Positions 62,604-64,000 of a stretch of DNA of 64,000 nt are shown in pieces. The stretch lies in assembly GCA_964106645.2 (NCBI GenBank), contig OZ067041.1; one strand, given 5' to 3'. A program made the position numbers and the translations under genes. The notes under the pieces were generated by a model. That model was not told the DNA's origin and did no database searches. It saw only the letters and a list, made by a program, of their open reading frames with translations. The DNA comes from Podarcis pityusensis. Taxonomy: Eukaryota. Within the stretch, counting starts at the first letter, position 1; each line of letters starts with the position of its first letter.

Positions 62604-62739
62604 CAGGAGTGAGGAACCTTTGGCTTGCCAGATGCTGCTGAACTACAACTCCCATCAGCCCTACCAAGCATGGCCAATGGCAAGGGCTTTTAAGTTGTAG
62701 TTCAGCAACATCTGGTGAGCCAAAGGTTCCCCACTCCTG
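62604..62739. mobile_element. Palindromic hAT-derived MITE; family copies also at ~5685-5800, 9410-9510, 25480-25730, 32770-32890, 34596-34735, 44560-44672, 55940-56045, 62040-62175, 62265-62355
   Basis: caggagtgaggaacctttggc ... gccaaaggttccccactcctg inverted ends, internal actacaactccc / gggagttgtagt. Confidence 0.8.
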
Positions 62740-64000
62740 TTTCATAAAAGCAGAGCATCTGCTTGAAATATATTTTCATGAATCAGAATCTTTTGTTCCA
62801 TACAAGTCTTTGGCTCTGAAATCCTGATGGTTCACGCCAAGCATCCTGAGGGACTCTATCCGAAGATCCCTTCAGACCACTCAGTTTTGTGGAGCTGAAG
62901 TGTTTAAGAACATCTGTCATCACCAATTCTGTTGTGGTATTTGCACAAAATCCAGGAAACTCATTGAACCATTGAGTCAATCAATTCTTATAATACAGAC
63001 AGAAGGAACATTATTTCAGCTCAACTGAGAGTAATATGTGTCACCCAGAGCCGTAAGATTTGCTGTAGTGGCACAGAAACTGAGAACAAATGTATTGCCA
63101 CAAATGCTGCAAACTGTCAAAATAAAATGTGCTTCAAAACATAAGGACTGCCTACATGCACCCTGTTCGTTCCCTGCTTGTTTGGGTACAGTTTTATGCT
63201 ATTCTTGATTTCATCTTCTTGCAACGATGTCCAACTCTTGAAGCAACCTAGATGATTTAAAAAATAGTATTTCATTGCAAGGACATTGCAAGTGTTTTGA
63301 ACATGTTCAGTAATTGTAGTCTTTTGGAAAGGCACTCTGGACAGGATCAAGGATGTGACTGGTAACATTCATTTAATTCAAGGTTAGAGCTGTACAGATA
63401 TATATATTTCTGGAGGAGGTTTGCAGACAACTGATAGTATTTTTGCTAACTGTGGAATATCTATTTCAGCTTCTTGGGGATCTTCAACCATTCTATGTTG
63501 GATTGGTTTTCTCAGATTTTGACATTAGCTCTGAAGAAAACACTTAAGTATTAAAGAAGACCGAAAGGAAAAACACCAACCAACCCATTTATTGAAAGAA
63601 TTGCCAGTTGGGTAGATGTGCTAGTGGAAATTGGAGGAAGAGAGAGTGCTTTTGAGACCTGTTTGTTAGGCCTCCCAGAGGCATCTGTTTGGCCACTCTG
63701 AGAACAGGATACTGGACTAGATCAGCCATTGGCCTGATCCAGCAGGCTCTTATTACGCTATTTTTTTGCAGCAAGAACAACAAGGAGTCTTTGGGCAGCT
63801 TCAAGTGGCATAAGGCTCTTTGCAATACTTCCTGAAAGTTGGAATTTAGTTGTCAATTCCATTGGCCAGGAGCTACCATTGAGGAAGCCCTCCAATAGAC
63901 TCCCAAGGGTGGGGGTGTTCAAAAGGGCATCTCTAACAGATAGGATGCTTGCCTTATAAGGAGCCAGACCATTGGTCCATTCAGCTCAGAACTTGCCGAT

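Noticed and set aside
62780-63545. Non-repetitive stretch with short minus-strand ORFs and an acceptor-like site
   Set aside because: Stops in all frames and no recognisable homology; cannot support an exon or pseudogene

Overview
Vertebrate genomic DNA, most likely from a lacertid lizard, judged by Sauria/Squam1, Squam2-like and Squam3-like SINEs. Two multi-exon genes lie head-to-head, each with its own CpG island. MTMR6 is on the minus strand: 14 coding exons, 22508->4084, 620 aa, intact HCSDGWDRT motif. NUP58/NUPL1 is on the plus strand: 15 visible coding exons, 27004->51735, and the expected exon 14 probably lies in the 132-N gap at 47336-47467. NUP58 shows a complex 3' end. Read-through of exon 13 gives a p45-type C-terminus (GLSAFKL*) with a strong intronic poly(A) site near 46830, and there is a further candidate exon at 48107. 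The most unusual feature lies just past the main poly(A) site: a diverged tandem array of four ~200-bp units (about 54990-55750). Each unit carries a splice acceptor and a stop-free, frame-preserving Gly/Ser/Thr/Pro/Cys-rich mini-exon, and a phase-compatible candidate terminal exon follows at 57650. The rest is introns and intergenic DNA rich in SINEs, LINE fragments, hAT and Tc1/mariner MITEs, and two degenerate Penelope-type hammerhead relics. Exon boundaries were read by hand from GT/AG and frame. Repeat boundaries are approximate and family names come from recognition, not a database search.
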